Assembly: GCA_965231035.1 (NCBI GenBank)
Contig: OZ246409.1
Coordinates: 271,101-303,100, forward strand
From: an uncultured Muribaculaceae bacterium
GTDB lineage: Bacteria; Pseudomonadota; Alphaproteobacteria; Rs-D84
Length of the DNA stretch: 32,000 nt
Direction of reading: 5' to 3'
A program made the translations under genes and the position numbers. The notes beneath the pieces were generated by a model. That model searched no databases, had not been told where the DNA came from, and saw only the letters and a list, made by a program, of their open reading frames with translations. Shown here in pieces: positions 24,003 through 32,000 of the stretch. Within the stretch, counting starts at the first letter, position 1; the number at the start of each line of letters is the position of its first letter.

Positions 24003-25428
24003 ATTGTTGCTGTTGCTTGTTACCAAAATATTTGTCGAATGCTTTTTGGTTCAGCTTTACTGGATATTCACGTATCAAGAATGAATTATAATCAGACATA
24101 ACTGAACGTGATTTCATACCTTGCAGTTCTTTCTTTAATGCTGCAAATTTTGCGTTATCCATCTTTGGCGCAATTGATTTTCCAACATGCAGAACCCAGA
24201 AAGAATTTTTACCTGGGACTATTAAATTTTTGCCTTCACCATTTGAAAATGCTGAAACTAATAATTCTACTGGCGCACCATTTGCACGGGAAACAGTTAC
24301 AGATTTTTTGCCTGCCAAAGATTTATCCTTGTTAAGATTTATCAACAATTGATTTGCGTGCAGATAAGCCTGCTTTTTTTGTTCTTCGGTTTTCCAACCA
24401 GCAATCAAATTGCTTTTTACAGAATCAAAATTAGCAGCGGCTTCTTTGTTAATTTTTTCAACACGGATAATTGCAAAACCCTGTTTTGTTTCCATAATTT
24501 CACTTTCCAGACCCTGCTCCATTGCAAAGATTTTTGCAACAACTTGGTCGGTCAGCAATTGATCAACAGGTCTTTTGTTTTTCTGGAATGCTGGCAGCAA
24601 AATATATTTTGCATTAACTTTTTTGGCGGCAACCGACATAGAATCACCAGAAATTATTGAATCTTCCATTTTTTGTGCACGTGTGTAACCTGCATCATAG
24701 CTGTCCGGTTTATCCATCTGTGCAGAAACCAAAACATAAGATACCACACGTGATTCTGGAATCATTTTTGGGTTTTGTTTATAGAATTCACGCAACTGTG
24801 AATCTGTTGGATTTGCAACCTTGAAATCACCAAAGTTCACAGCTGTGTAATCAATCTGTCTTTGACCGTATCTGGTGTTGTAAACAGCCTTGACCTCGAA
24901 ATCAGGAACTTTGACTGGAACAGACATAGAACCTAAAACCATTCCTCGCAAAATTTGGCTGCGCAGATATTCTGCAAATTGTTCTTCGGAAAATCCTGAA
25001 TTATTCAGAATTCTGTCAAACTTCATAGGTGAAAAAGTACCACGATCCTGGAATTCTGGAAAGTTGCGAATTTCACGTGCAATACGTCTGTCTGTTACTA
25101 TAAATTTTAAATCATTGGCACGATTTTGAATCAAAGCACTGTTTGTCAAATCGCCCATAACTTTATTTAAAAAAGCACTTGATGCCGCAGGATCGGTATA
25201 AATTTGTTTCTGCTGAGGTTTGGACAATCTTTCCAGTTCCCTAGTTTTTTCATTACTGAATTGTCCCGGGGTTATTTTAATATCACCAACCCTTAACAAA
25301 GCGCTTTCGCGGTTCGCATTATTCAAAACCCATTCAGCCACGCCCCAACCAACGAATGAAAACATTAATATTCCAATCAGAACTTTGGCGATTGGCTTGT
25401 TCGACATGTCACGTAAATATTCTAGCAT
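24001..25428 (-). CDS. ppiD: periplasmic chaperone / peptidyl-prolyl isomerase PpiD-like
   Basis: The N-terminus MLEYLRDMSNKPIAKVLIGILMFSFVGWGV is a typical PpiD membrane anchor. The rest is a SurA-N-like body, 475 aa in total. Confidence 0.7.
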   Translation of the reverse strand: MLEYLRDMSNKPIAKVLIGILMFSFVGWGVAEWVLNNANRESALLRVGDIKITPGQFSNEKTRELERLSKPQQKQIYTDPAASSAFLNKVMGDLTNSALIQNRANDLKFIVTDRRIAREIRNFPEFQDRGTFSPMKFDRILNNSGFSEEQFAEYLRSQILRGMVLGSMSVPVKVPDFEVKAVYNTRYGQRQIDYTAVNFGDFKVANPTDSQLREFYKQNPKMIPESRVVSYVLVSAQMDKPDSYDAGYTRAQKMEDSIISGDSMSVAAKKVNAKYILLPAFQKNKRPVDQLLTDQVVAKIFAMEQGLESEIMETKQGFAIIRVEKINKEAAANFDSVKSNLIAGWKTEEQKKQAYLHANQLLINLNKDKSLAGKKSVTVSRANGAPVELLVSAFSNGEGKNLIVPGKNSFWVLHVGKSIAPKMDNAKFAALKKELQGMKSRSVMSDYNSFLIREYPVKLNQKAFDKYFGNKQQQQ

Positions 25429-25476
25429 TTATAATCCTTTTGGAGTATCCTAGCAAAACACAAAGGAGAAAATCAA

Positions 25477-26154
25477 TTGAAAATAATCGCAGGAAATTGG
25501 AAAATGAATGGATCCTCAGCAGAACTGGAAACTATGATTTCCAGGTTGGAATCCGTTAAGACAAATAACCAAGTTATACTTTGCGTTCCTTTTACAATGT
25601 TGAATCATAAATCAAAAAAAATTGCTATTGGTGCCCAAGATGTCAGTCAACACGAACGTGGGGCATATACTGGCGAAGTATCTGCACAAATGATTGCCGA
25701 AATCGGCACAAAATACGTAATAGTCGGTCACAGTGAACGCCGCCAATATCATAATGAAACAAGTGAACAGGTTCGCCAAAAAGCCGATAGGGTTATTGAA
25801 GCCGGAATGATTCCAATTGTTTGTGTTGGGGAAACTTTGGAACAAAAAAATACTGGAAAAACCTTTGAAATTATTGAAAAACAAATCCAAGAATCAACCA
25901 AGGATTTGGGAAAATATATTATCGCATACGAACCCGTTTGGGCAATTGGTACTGGATTAACGCCAACAACAGAAGAAATCACAACAGTTCATACACATAT
26001 TAGAAAACTGACAGGTGCCAGCCTGCTCTATGGTGGATCTGTAAAAGCCAGCAATGCAGTTGAAATTATGTTGATACCAAACGTGGATGGTGTTTTAGTT
26101 GGTGGTGCATCCTTGAAACCGGACGATTTTATACCTATAATAGAAAGCGTATAA
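25477..26154 (+). CDS. tpiA: triosephosphate isomerase (TTG start)
   Basis: IAGNWKMNG, VGHSERR, YEPVWAIGTG and GGASLKP. RBS AAAGGAG lies 8 nt upstream. Confidence 0.95.
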   Translation: MKIIAGNWKMNGSSAELETMISRLESVKTNNQVILCVPFTMLNHKSKKIAIGAQDVSQHERGAYTGEVSAQMIAEIGTKYVIVGHSERRQYHNETSEQVRQKADRVIEAGMIPIVCVGETLEQKNTGKTFEIIEKQIQESTKDLGKYIIAYEPVWAIGTGLTPTTEEITTVHTHIRKLTGASLLYGGSVKASNAVEIMLIPNVDGVLVGGASLKPDDFIPIIESV

Positions 26155-26174
26155 AAATAAAATTGGTGTAAATT

Positions 26175-26693
26175 ATGGAAGAAAAAGAAATACTAGAAAA
26201 CCAAACGAACGAAGAAAACGTTCAAACAGAATCGGAAAAAAATTCCGAAGTTGAATCCTTGCTTACCCAGATTGCTGGACTGAATGATAAATATCTTCGT
26301 CTGGCCGCAGAGCTGGAAAATACCCGCCGTCGTGCTGCGCTGGATGCTGAATCGACTGCCCGCAATCGTGCCTTGGCAATAATGCAAAGCTTTTTACCAG
26401 TTATGGATGCGGTTGACGCCGCTGTATCGCACGAGCCAAATGATGCCGGAATTATTTCTATTTCTAAAACACTGGTATCAGCATTGGCAAAAATCGGAAT
26501 TACAAAAATTGAAACTGTTGGGCAAGTGCTGAATCCGCAATTTCATAATGTTTTACAGGTTGTTGAAAAACAATTATCTGATTGCCCATGTTCTGCCAAG
26601 CCAATTCCAAATGAAATTGTTGGAGAATTGCAGTCCGGGTATATGTTCGGTGATACTGTTTTACGTCCAGCATCGGTTGTTGTGCAAAAATAA
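26175..26693 (+). CDS. grpE: nucleotide exchange factor GrpE
   Basis: RLAAELENTRRRAALD is the GrpE signature. A C-terminal beta domain is present. Confidence 0.9.
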   Translation: MEEKEILENQTNEENVQTESEKNSEVESLLTQIAGLNDKYLRLAAELENTRRRAALDAESTARNRALAIMQSFLPVMDAVDAAVSHEPNDAGIISISKTLVSALAKIGITKIETVGQVLNPQFHNVLQVVEKQLSDCPCSAKPIPNEIVGELQSGYMFGDTVLRPASVVVQK

Positions 26694-26700
26694 TCATTTT

Positions 26701-26733
26701 ATTAATTGACAAGTTACATATTTGTATTAATGT
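26701..26733 (+). promoter_or_regulatory. conserved promoter cassette copy 2
   Basis: ATTAATTGACAAGTTACATATTTGTATTAATGT. TTGACA at 26706..26711, a 16-nt spacer, then TAATGT at 26728..26733. Confidence 0.6.
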
Positions 26734-26734
26734 T

Positions 26735-27094
26735 GTGCTTGTAAAAACGAGCAAAGATTTGCCATACGAAAAAAATGAAATTATTGAAAAAATAGATGAA
26801 AACGGTGTAATAACATACAACATATACGATTGTAATTTACTGAAGAAAACCGTTTCTAAAATAAAAAATCCAAAAGAAGCCGAAAAAAAGTTTTTTGGGA
26901 TCCAATATAATTATTCTATTGATAATACGCCAAAAATTATAGAAATGACCTTTGAAGTCGCCGAAAGGAATTGGTTTTATTATCAATTGGAAAACCATGT
27001 AAAAAATGAAATAGTAAAGAAAAATAATAAAAATTCCTCAAAAAACACCGTTAAAAACTATTTTGCGAGCATACTACAAAAAATAAGAAATTGA
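26735..27094 (+). CDS. hypothetical small protein, paralog of the 27153 ORF
   Basis: The track GTG start at 26735 lies only 2 nt after the predicted -10. The real start is therefore probably downstream (for example TTG 26759), or the mRNA is leaderless. It shares FxGIQ, AE(R/K)xW and a C-terminal F..IL motif with the next ORF. Confidence 0.5.
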   Translation: MLVKTSKDLPYEKNEIIEKIDENGVITYNIYDCNLLKKTVSKIKNPKEAEKKFFGIQYNYSIDNTPKIIEMTFEVAERNWFYYQLENHVKNEIVKKNNKNSSKNTVKNYFASILQKIRN

Positions 27095-27097
27095 AAT

Positions 27098-27131
27098 TAT
27101 TAATTGACAAATTATATGTTTGTATTAATAT
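27098..27131 (+). promoter_or_regulatory. conserved promoter cassette copy 3
   Basis: ATTAATTGACAAATTATATGTTTGTATTAATAT. TTGACA at 27104..27109, a 16-nt spacer, then TAATAT at 27126..27131. Confidence 0.6.
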
Positions 27132-27152
27132 ACAATGCATAAGGTTTTTAAA

Positions 27153-27494
27153 ATGACAGAATTAAAAAAAGAAAATTATCAAAAAGACGGATTGTATAAA
27201 TTGCTTGAAAAAAATTCCGAAACTTTTGAGTTGTATAATTATGATTTCCTTGCAATGGTTATTAAAAGAAATTCTAACGGATCTTTCCACGGAATACAGA
27301 ACAGCAGAACATGTGGATTAATTCCAATGTTACCCAAAGATGCTGAAAAGCGTTGGTATGAATGTGAAAAAGAACTTCAAAATACAAAAAATAATGTTAA
27401 AATTATCAACATTTCAAAAAAAGAGACTGTTGGTAGATTTCAGAATATTTTAAATTCTGTTTTAAATCTTCTAAAACCATGTAATGCAAAATAA
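27153..27494 (+). CDS. hypothetical small protein, paralog of the 26735 ORF
   Basis: I prefer ATG 27153 (MTELKK, RBS AAGG 8-9 nt upstream). The track ATG at 27135 would lie upstream of the predicted transcription start. A terminator follows. Confidence 0.6.
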   Translation: MTELKKENYQKDGLYKLLEKNSETFELYNYDFLAMVIKRNSNGSFHGIQNSRTCGLIPMLPKDAEKRWYECEKELQNTKNNVKIINISKKETVGRFQNILNSVLNLLKPCNAK

Positions 27495-27496
27495 AA

Positions 27497-27522
27497 AATC
27501 TCGACAATGCCGAGATTTTTTA
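27497..27522. terminator. bidirectional terminator between the small ORF and the autotransporter gene
   Basis: Stem AATCTCG / CGAGATT, flanked by AAAAAA and TTTTTTATTTTTTT. Confidence 0.8.
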
Positions 27523-27527
27523 TTTTT

Positions 27528-30500
27528 TTATATTCCCAACTTATGTGTCAGTTTTAACATAAATATGGATTCATTTCCAAATTCACTGATATTGTTTGGA
27601 TTGATGCGATAAATCATCCCCAGCGCACCATCTGTAAATGCCCCCAGCTTTACACGATAGCTTCCTGTGAATCTTAATTCTCGCTTTTCTGGTGACAGAC
27701 CCAAATCAGAAATATGGGTATCCCTTACAACCAGATCATATGTTCCATCTGAATTTTCAACAACATCATAATCTGCATAAGCATATTTCATATCACCCGA
27801 AGTAATTGCCAAAGGCATTGCGGCCGAGAATGAAAAATTATTTACATCTGCCCCAACTGAGAATGAATTTGATTTAATATCCGACAATCCCAATATGAAA
27901 TCACCATTTGGATTTGCACGTGTTTGTGCAAAAGTCGAACGAACTGAAAAATCAATATCCTTGGTCGGGCTGTATCTTGCAACAGTATCAACATATGTTG
28001 TATCACCCTGACCCAGTCCTAACAATCCGCCCGTTTGTGCACCCAATACTGTATTTGTTTCATGTGCAGTTCCGATTGCTGATGTAATTGCAAACTTTCC
28101 ATTACCCCATGTAACGTTTGTTTCACCACCCTGGATTAATCCCAGGTTTGCTGGCTGGTACTGACTGGTAACAGTTGGGTCATTTTGCAAAATAGATTCA
28201 TCTGTAATATTTCCCGAAAACGTACGTGCACCAAAAGACCAATTTCCTGATTTGTACTCGGCACCAGTTGAAACTATATTCGAAGCCAAAGATAAAACAG
28301 GATTCGCAGTACCGTCAAATCTGGAAACACCATCAGTAAAGTGACGCTGATAACCGGCGCTGAAATTAAAGTTACCGACACCATATCCAAATTGTAAATT
28401 ATCCAAACCACCCATATTATCAACATAAGCTTTTTCGGATACAGCCATTTGGAATGTTACATTACCCGATTTGAATTGTTTTGGATTTTCTTTGGTTGTT
28501 TGGAAACTTCCCAATACATCACCCATATAAAGCCCACGAACATCAGATGTACCCAGCGCAAATTCATTTTCCCAAACACGTGGCAATGACAACGTTCCAT
28601 CAGAACTTGTCAGAACATCATAAAATGGTGCACTTATTGATGCGGCACGTGGATTAAACACTGCAGATGATCTGAACAAAGTATTTGTTGCCGCACGCCA
28701 ATAACCATTTCCACTTGTTGATACTATTGAATCCCCATCATAGTAATAAACATTAGCTGTTGGTTTTGTTGCACGTTCAATATTAACCAATCCGTAACCA
28801 AACACTTCTTTGAAAACTTTCAAATAGTCTTCGCCACCTGAGTCAACACGATACTGGTATTCTGTTGGCAATTGATACATAGCCTGCAAATAAGTTTTCA
28901 ATGCCGAAACTGTCATAGCAGTCCCGGTTGTAGTTGTTGCCAAATAAGGACCATCAGCAGTCAAAGCCAACAAAGCAAACAATTGTTTGTTATTCAAATA
29001 ATCAAATGCGGATTTCACAGCACCAACCGCCCCAGCCATACTGGATACAGCCAATTCGTCTGTCAATCCTGCCGCAGAAAAACACCATGGATCAATTCCA
29101 TTTGCACCACTGCCCGCAATCCCACAAGCGCGTGATTTATAGTTTTTATCATCTAATGGATCAATTGTTCCCTGGGTATCGGTCCAAGTTGATAACGCAA
29201 TCTTGCCAGAAGGAACATAACCAGAAACGCTTGTTTGACCATTTGTGCCGGTACCATTCAATCCAACTGCAACAACCGACATAAATAAATGTTCCAAATT
29301 ACTGAAAACCAATGGTGCAGAATTTTCAAATGTCGCCGTTAATGTTTGTCCTGAATATGAGCTGTCTGTTTCTGCTGCACCAGTCGAGAATATTACCAAT
29401 GGTGCCCAATCGCGAAGCCCGTAGTTGTAAAAGAAATCAAAAAAGAGGCTAGCATCTGCACTTGGTAATACTGAGGTTCCATCATTCTCATAATACAAAT
29501 CAACATAATCAAAAAACTTATCCTTATAGTTAGTCGGGGTAGGAGTAACAGATAAAATATCACCAACTGTTTTTGCATCACGATCATGCAGTGGTGAAAT
29601 CACAGAAGCATTTGCAATAATATCCACTTTTGAACGACCTGTGCTTTCTTCTGGGTCAACTAATCCCGTTAAACCAATGGCATTCAACAATGCCTTGTAA
29701 TTCTTATAATCTATATTTCCCAGTTCTTTTGTCAAAGCCAAATCATTATCAGATTCAATCGTATAGGCCTTATCAACAGTACCATCGTCATCGCTGTCAA
29801 TGTATAATAAACCATCCAGACCCTTGTATCCTTTATAAGTATGTGTTCCGTCAGTTGCAGTAAATCCCAACCCAGATGAATCTTTTGCCACTGTCAAAGT
29901 ATAAGAAAACAGTGTCAAAGTATCACTGGATGACCAGCCACTGGTGCTGTTATCAGTATACACACCAGAAACTGTGCCTGCTGCGGCTTTCATACCTTTG
30001 CCACCACCAGTTCTGAAAATTGTCATCTGGCCATTTGGCATAAATCCAATATAGTCAGCAGATGAATAACCAGAATCCTTACCACCGACAACCTTGGCTA
30101 ATAAATCGTCTATATCTCTTGAAAAAGAATTATTTATAACCGTTCCATATCCAGCCAAGTCGAACGAATTTAGTGCTGCTGAACTTGAATCTTCTTCGGT
30201 CGAATCGTCCAATATTGAATCAGACTCTGACCCACGATTTATTTTATTATTATAATATTTGCTGGACATCATATTATTACTTGCAGATATCACGGCATTA
30301 TTATTTGTTTTGCTCCATAATAATAATCTATCTTCAAGTGAAGTATCTTGTTTCGCATTTATACCATTCTTTGTTATTATCGCAACATTTGTTGGGCGAC
30401 CACCCATAACAGAACCACCAGTCAAAGAACGACCTGAAAAACTTAGCGGTGCTTTTGATTCTGTGTTTCGCAATGTTCGCATACCCATATAACCACGTGC

Positions 30501-31265
30501 CAGCGCAGAATATCCATGCATCATCAATAAATAATTTTGTTTATACACATGATTTGTCGTATCCGTACTGGTACCGGTCATCAATGCGAAATTATCTTTT
30601 AAAATACCTGCGGTTGATGGGCTGTAATAATTCAAATTGTTTGTGTAATTCGCGGTTTCCGATGTCGCATTAGGCATAGCGGGACTGTAAGGTAATTGAA
30701 AAGACGCAGTTCCACCACCAGGCGTAACATTTGTACAATCACATGTGCCATCTGCTTTACATATTCCAACACTGGTAATTGAACAACGACATTGTTCACC
30801 CGAAACACATTTTGTATTATCTGTGCTGGTGGTATTACTATTTCCAGCAGATACAACATCCGTTAACATAAACAGTCCGCCAACAACAACGGCGGCCCCT
30901 GCCGCCGCCAACGCTATGCTTTGGGCAGAAGACAGCCCGCTGAACAATCCACCAGATTCTTCTTTTGGTAATTTGTTTTTATATTTTTTAATCTGATAAT
31001 CACACTTCGAAGCGTCTGCACCGTACATTTGTAAAATCTGTGCGGCACGAATATCATTATTCATCAATGCTGTGCAAACAACCGACAAGCCAGTATTATC
31101 AACATAGTTTATATCCGCACCATTATTAACCAGTGCTTGAACCTGCTGAACATCACCATTCTTTGCTGCGGCCAGCAACTGAGCTGCAACCTTGAAATTA
31201 TCCACTGCAAAAGCGGAAAATGGAACAAAAATCAAAGAAAACAACAATAATCTTATGTACTTCAT
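27528..31265 (-). CDS. ankyrin-repeat / subtilase-like autotransporter-type outer-membrane protein (1245 aa from ATG 31265)
   Basis: Signal peptide MKYIRLLLFSLIFVPFSAFA; the track start at 31298 adds 11 aa. Ankyrin-like repeats at 31008..31187. Subtilase-like end motifs are SSMAGAVGAV and FGYGLVNIERA (verified at 28800). The C-terminal ~300 aa shows an alternating beta-strand pattern (NFNFSAGYQ..., SFSVGADVNNFSFSAA...). Confidence 0.75.
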   Translation of the reverse strand: MKYIRLLLFSLIFVPFSAFAVDNFKVAAQLLAAAKNGDVQQVQALVNNGADINYVDNTGLSVVCTALMNNDIRAAQILQMYGADASKCDYQIKKYKNKLPKEESGGLFSGLSSAQSIALAAAGAAVVVGGLFMLTDVVSAGNSNTTSTDNTKCVSGEQCRCSITSVGICKADGTCDCTNVTPGGGTASFQLPYSPAMPNATSETANYTNNLNYYSPSTAGILKDNFALMTGTSTDTTNHVYKQNYLLMMHGYSALARGYMGMRTLRNTESKAPLSFSGRSLTGGSVMGGRPTNVAIITKNGINAKQDTSLEDRLLLWSKTNNNAVISASNNMMSSKYYNNKINRGSESDSILDDSTEEDSSSAALNSFDLAGYGTVINNSFSRDIDDLLAKVVGGKDSGYSSADYIGFMPNGQMTIFRTGGGKGMKAAAGTVSGVYTDNSTSGWSSSDTLTLFSYTLTVAKDSSGLGFTATDGTHTYKGYKGLDGLLYIDSDDDGTVDKAYTIESDNDLALTKELGNIDYKNYKALLNAIGLTGLVDPEESTGRSKVDIIANASVISPLHDRDAKTVGDILSVTPTPTNYKDKFFDYVDLYYENDGTSVLPSADASLFFDFFYNYGLRDWAPLVIFSTGAAETDSSYSGQTLTATFENSAPLVFSNLEHLFMSVVAVGLNGTGTNGQTSVSGYVPSGKIALSTWTDTQGTIDPLDDKNYKSRACGIAGSGANGIDPWCFSAAGLTDELAVSSMAGAVGAVKSAFDYLNNKQLFALLALTADGPYLATTTTGTAMTVSALKTYLQAMYQLPTEYQYRVDSGGEDYLKVFKEVFGYGLVNIERATKPTANVYYYDGDSIVSTSGNGYWRAATNTLFRSSAVFNPRAASISAPFYDVLTSSDGTLSLPRVWENEFALGTSDVRGLYMGDVLGSFQTTKENPKQFKSGNVTFQMAVSEKAYVDNMGGLDNLQFGYGVGNFNFSAGYQRHFTDGVSRFDGTANPVLSLASNIVSTGAEYKSGNWSFGARTFSGNITDESILQNDPTVTSQYQPANLGLIQGGETNVTWGNGKFAITSAIGTAHETNTVLGAQTGGLLGLGQGDTTYVDTVARYSPTKDIDFSVRSTFAQTRANPNGDFILGLSDIKSNSFSVGADVNNFSFSAAMPLAITSGDMKYAYADYDVVENSDGTYDLVVRDTHISDLGLSPEKRELRFTGSYRVKLGAFTDGALGMIYRINPNNISEFGNESIFMLKLTHKLGI

Positions 31266-31330
31266 GAAAACTCTCTCTGCTAGAGAAAATTTTAACATAA
31301 AAATGTCAAATCTGTCCAGCGGAAAAAATG

Positions 31331-31603
31331 TTATCTTGTATTAAGTTTTTCAGATTGCAATTTTTTCAATATAATATCATCTGTGGTTTTATCCATATCA
31401 AAACCATCAAGCTTTTTTTCAAACTCTTGTTTTCCAAAATTTTTAATTTTATTTTTATCTTCCAACGACTTGTTAAGCAAATCTATTTTTGTTTTACTTA
31501 AATTTTCATCCAAGGCTTGCTTGACATTTAACAAAACAGATAATGCAAACAGAACCACAAAAGAATATTTACCAAAAGTTTTCAATTTCTTTTTATTATA
31601 CAT
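31331..31603 (-). CDS. hypothetical small signal-anchored protein (90 aa)
   Basis: MYNKKKLKTFGKYSFVVLFALSVLLNV is a hydrophobic N-terminus, followed by a K/D/E-rich helical region. It ends 65 nt upstream of the autotransporter ATG, so the two may be co-transcribed. Confidence 0.45.
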   Translation of the reverse strand: MYNKKKLKTFGKYSFVVLFALSVLLNVKQALDENLSKTKIDLLNKSLEDKNKIKNFGKQEFEKKLDGFDMDKTTDDIILKKLQSEKLNTR

Positions 31604-31751
31604 AAGACTCTTCCTTTGATTACTCTGCTATGTATAATAGACAAACACTATAACCGTCAAGCGTTTTTTCAATTTCAAGTCATTTTAAATATATTTTTGT
31701 TTTTCTCTTTTCTGGTGGGGTGTTTTTTGATACAATTAACAAACGAGAGAA

Positions 31752-32000
31752 ATGAATAAAAGTTTTGCCTTTTTCATATTTGCATTCAGCTTTGTATTTG
31801 CTGGTTTTTCTGCCGCAAGTGCTTCTTCGTGCTCGATTATGGATTTGAACAGATGTTTGGATTCAGCTTGCGGAATTAATATCAGCTTAAACCCCGGGGC
31901 ACGTTGTCAGCTTTGTGGAACTGCTCAGGCTGGTGCCGCTGATACAAAAGGATTCAAAAGTTTATCTGTTGGTGCATCAAACCGAAACACATTATCTGCA
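31752..32000 (+). CDS. secreted cysteine-rich protein, possible fourth family member (N-terminal 83 aa only, runs off the right edge)
   Basis: ATG 31752 is preceded by ACGAGAGAA. Signal peptide MNKSFAFFIFAFSFVFAGFSAASA. A relaxed head motif follows: CSIMDLNRCLDSACGINISLNPGARCQLC. The frame stays open to 32000. Confidence 0.6.
   Translation, partial: MNKSFAFFIFAFSFVFAGFSAASASSCSIMDLNRCLDSACGINISLNPGARCQLCGTAQAGAADTKGFKSLSVGASNRNTLSA

Noticed and set aside
1-32000. Searched by eye for tRNA/rRNA genes, CRISPR repeats, IS elements, integrases, and toxin-antitoxin or restriction-modification partners of ccrM.
   Set aside because: I found none. There are no regularly spaced direct repeats, no transposase or integrase-like ORFs, and no restriction endonuclease next to ccrM, which is consistent with an orphan cell-cycle methyltransferase.

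Overview
AT-rich bacterial chromosomal segment, judged by eye and without any database search. The CcrM-type adenine methyltransferase and the overall gene set suggest an alphaproteobacterium with a compact genome. I support about 29 protein-coding genes and found no rRNA, tRNA, CRISPR array or IS/transposase. Housekeeping backbone: recO, rplI-rpsR-rpsF, thyA, a DEAD-box helicase, infA, clpP-clpX, pgk-rnhB, slt-nrdR, ccrM, ppiD-like, tpiA and grpE. Most convergent gene ends carry clear hairpin plus T-tract terminators. Accessory content is interspersed among these genes. (1) The most interesting signal is a family of very large, signal-peptide-bearing, extremely cysteine-rich proteins. Two divergent pairs (9609..11750/7084..9585 on minus, 12234..14972/15012..15743 on plus) are wrapped around infA, and a looser, possibly related N-terminal fragment starts at 31752. 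The three large members share a strict head motif, C-x-D-x-Y-x2-C-M-D-x-F-C-x9-C-x-C-S, and colinear cysteine blocks. I do not recognise this as any named domain. (2) A 1245-aa autotransporter-like protein has N-terminal ankyrin repeats, a hydrophobic segment, a 6-Cys knot and an apparently degenerate subtilase-like passenger. (3) An orphan MotA/MotB-like pair has a long heptad-repeat coiled coil in the B subunit. (4) Three small orphan ORFs each sit behind a nearly identical ~33-bp promoter cassette, and two of them are tandem paralogs. All functional calls rest on motif recognition in the supplied translations. Cysteine counts, repeat alignments and hairpins were done by hand and need computational confirmation.
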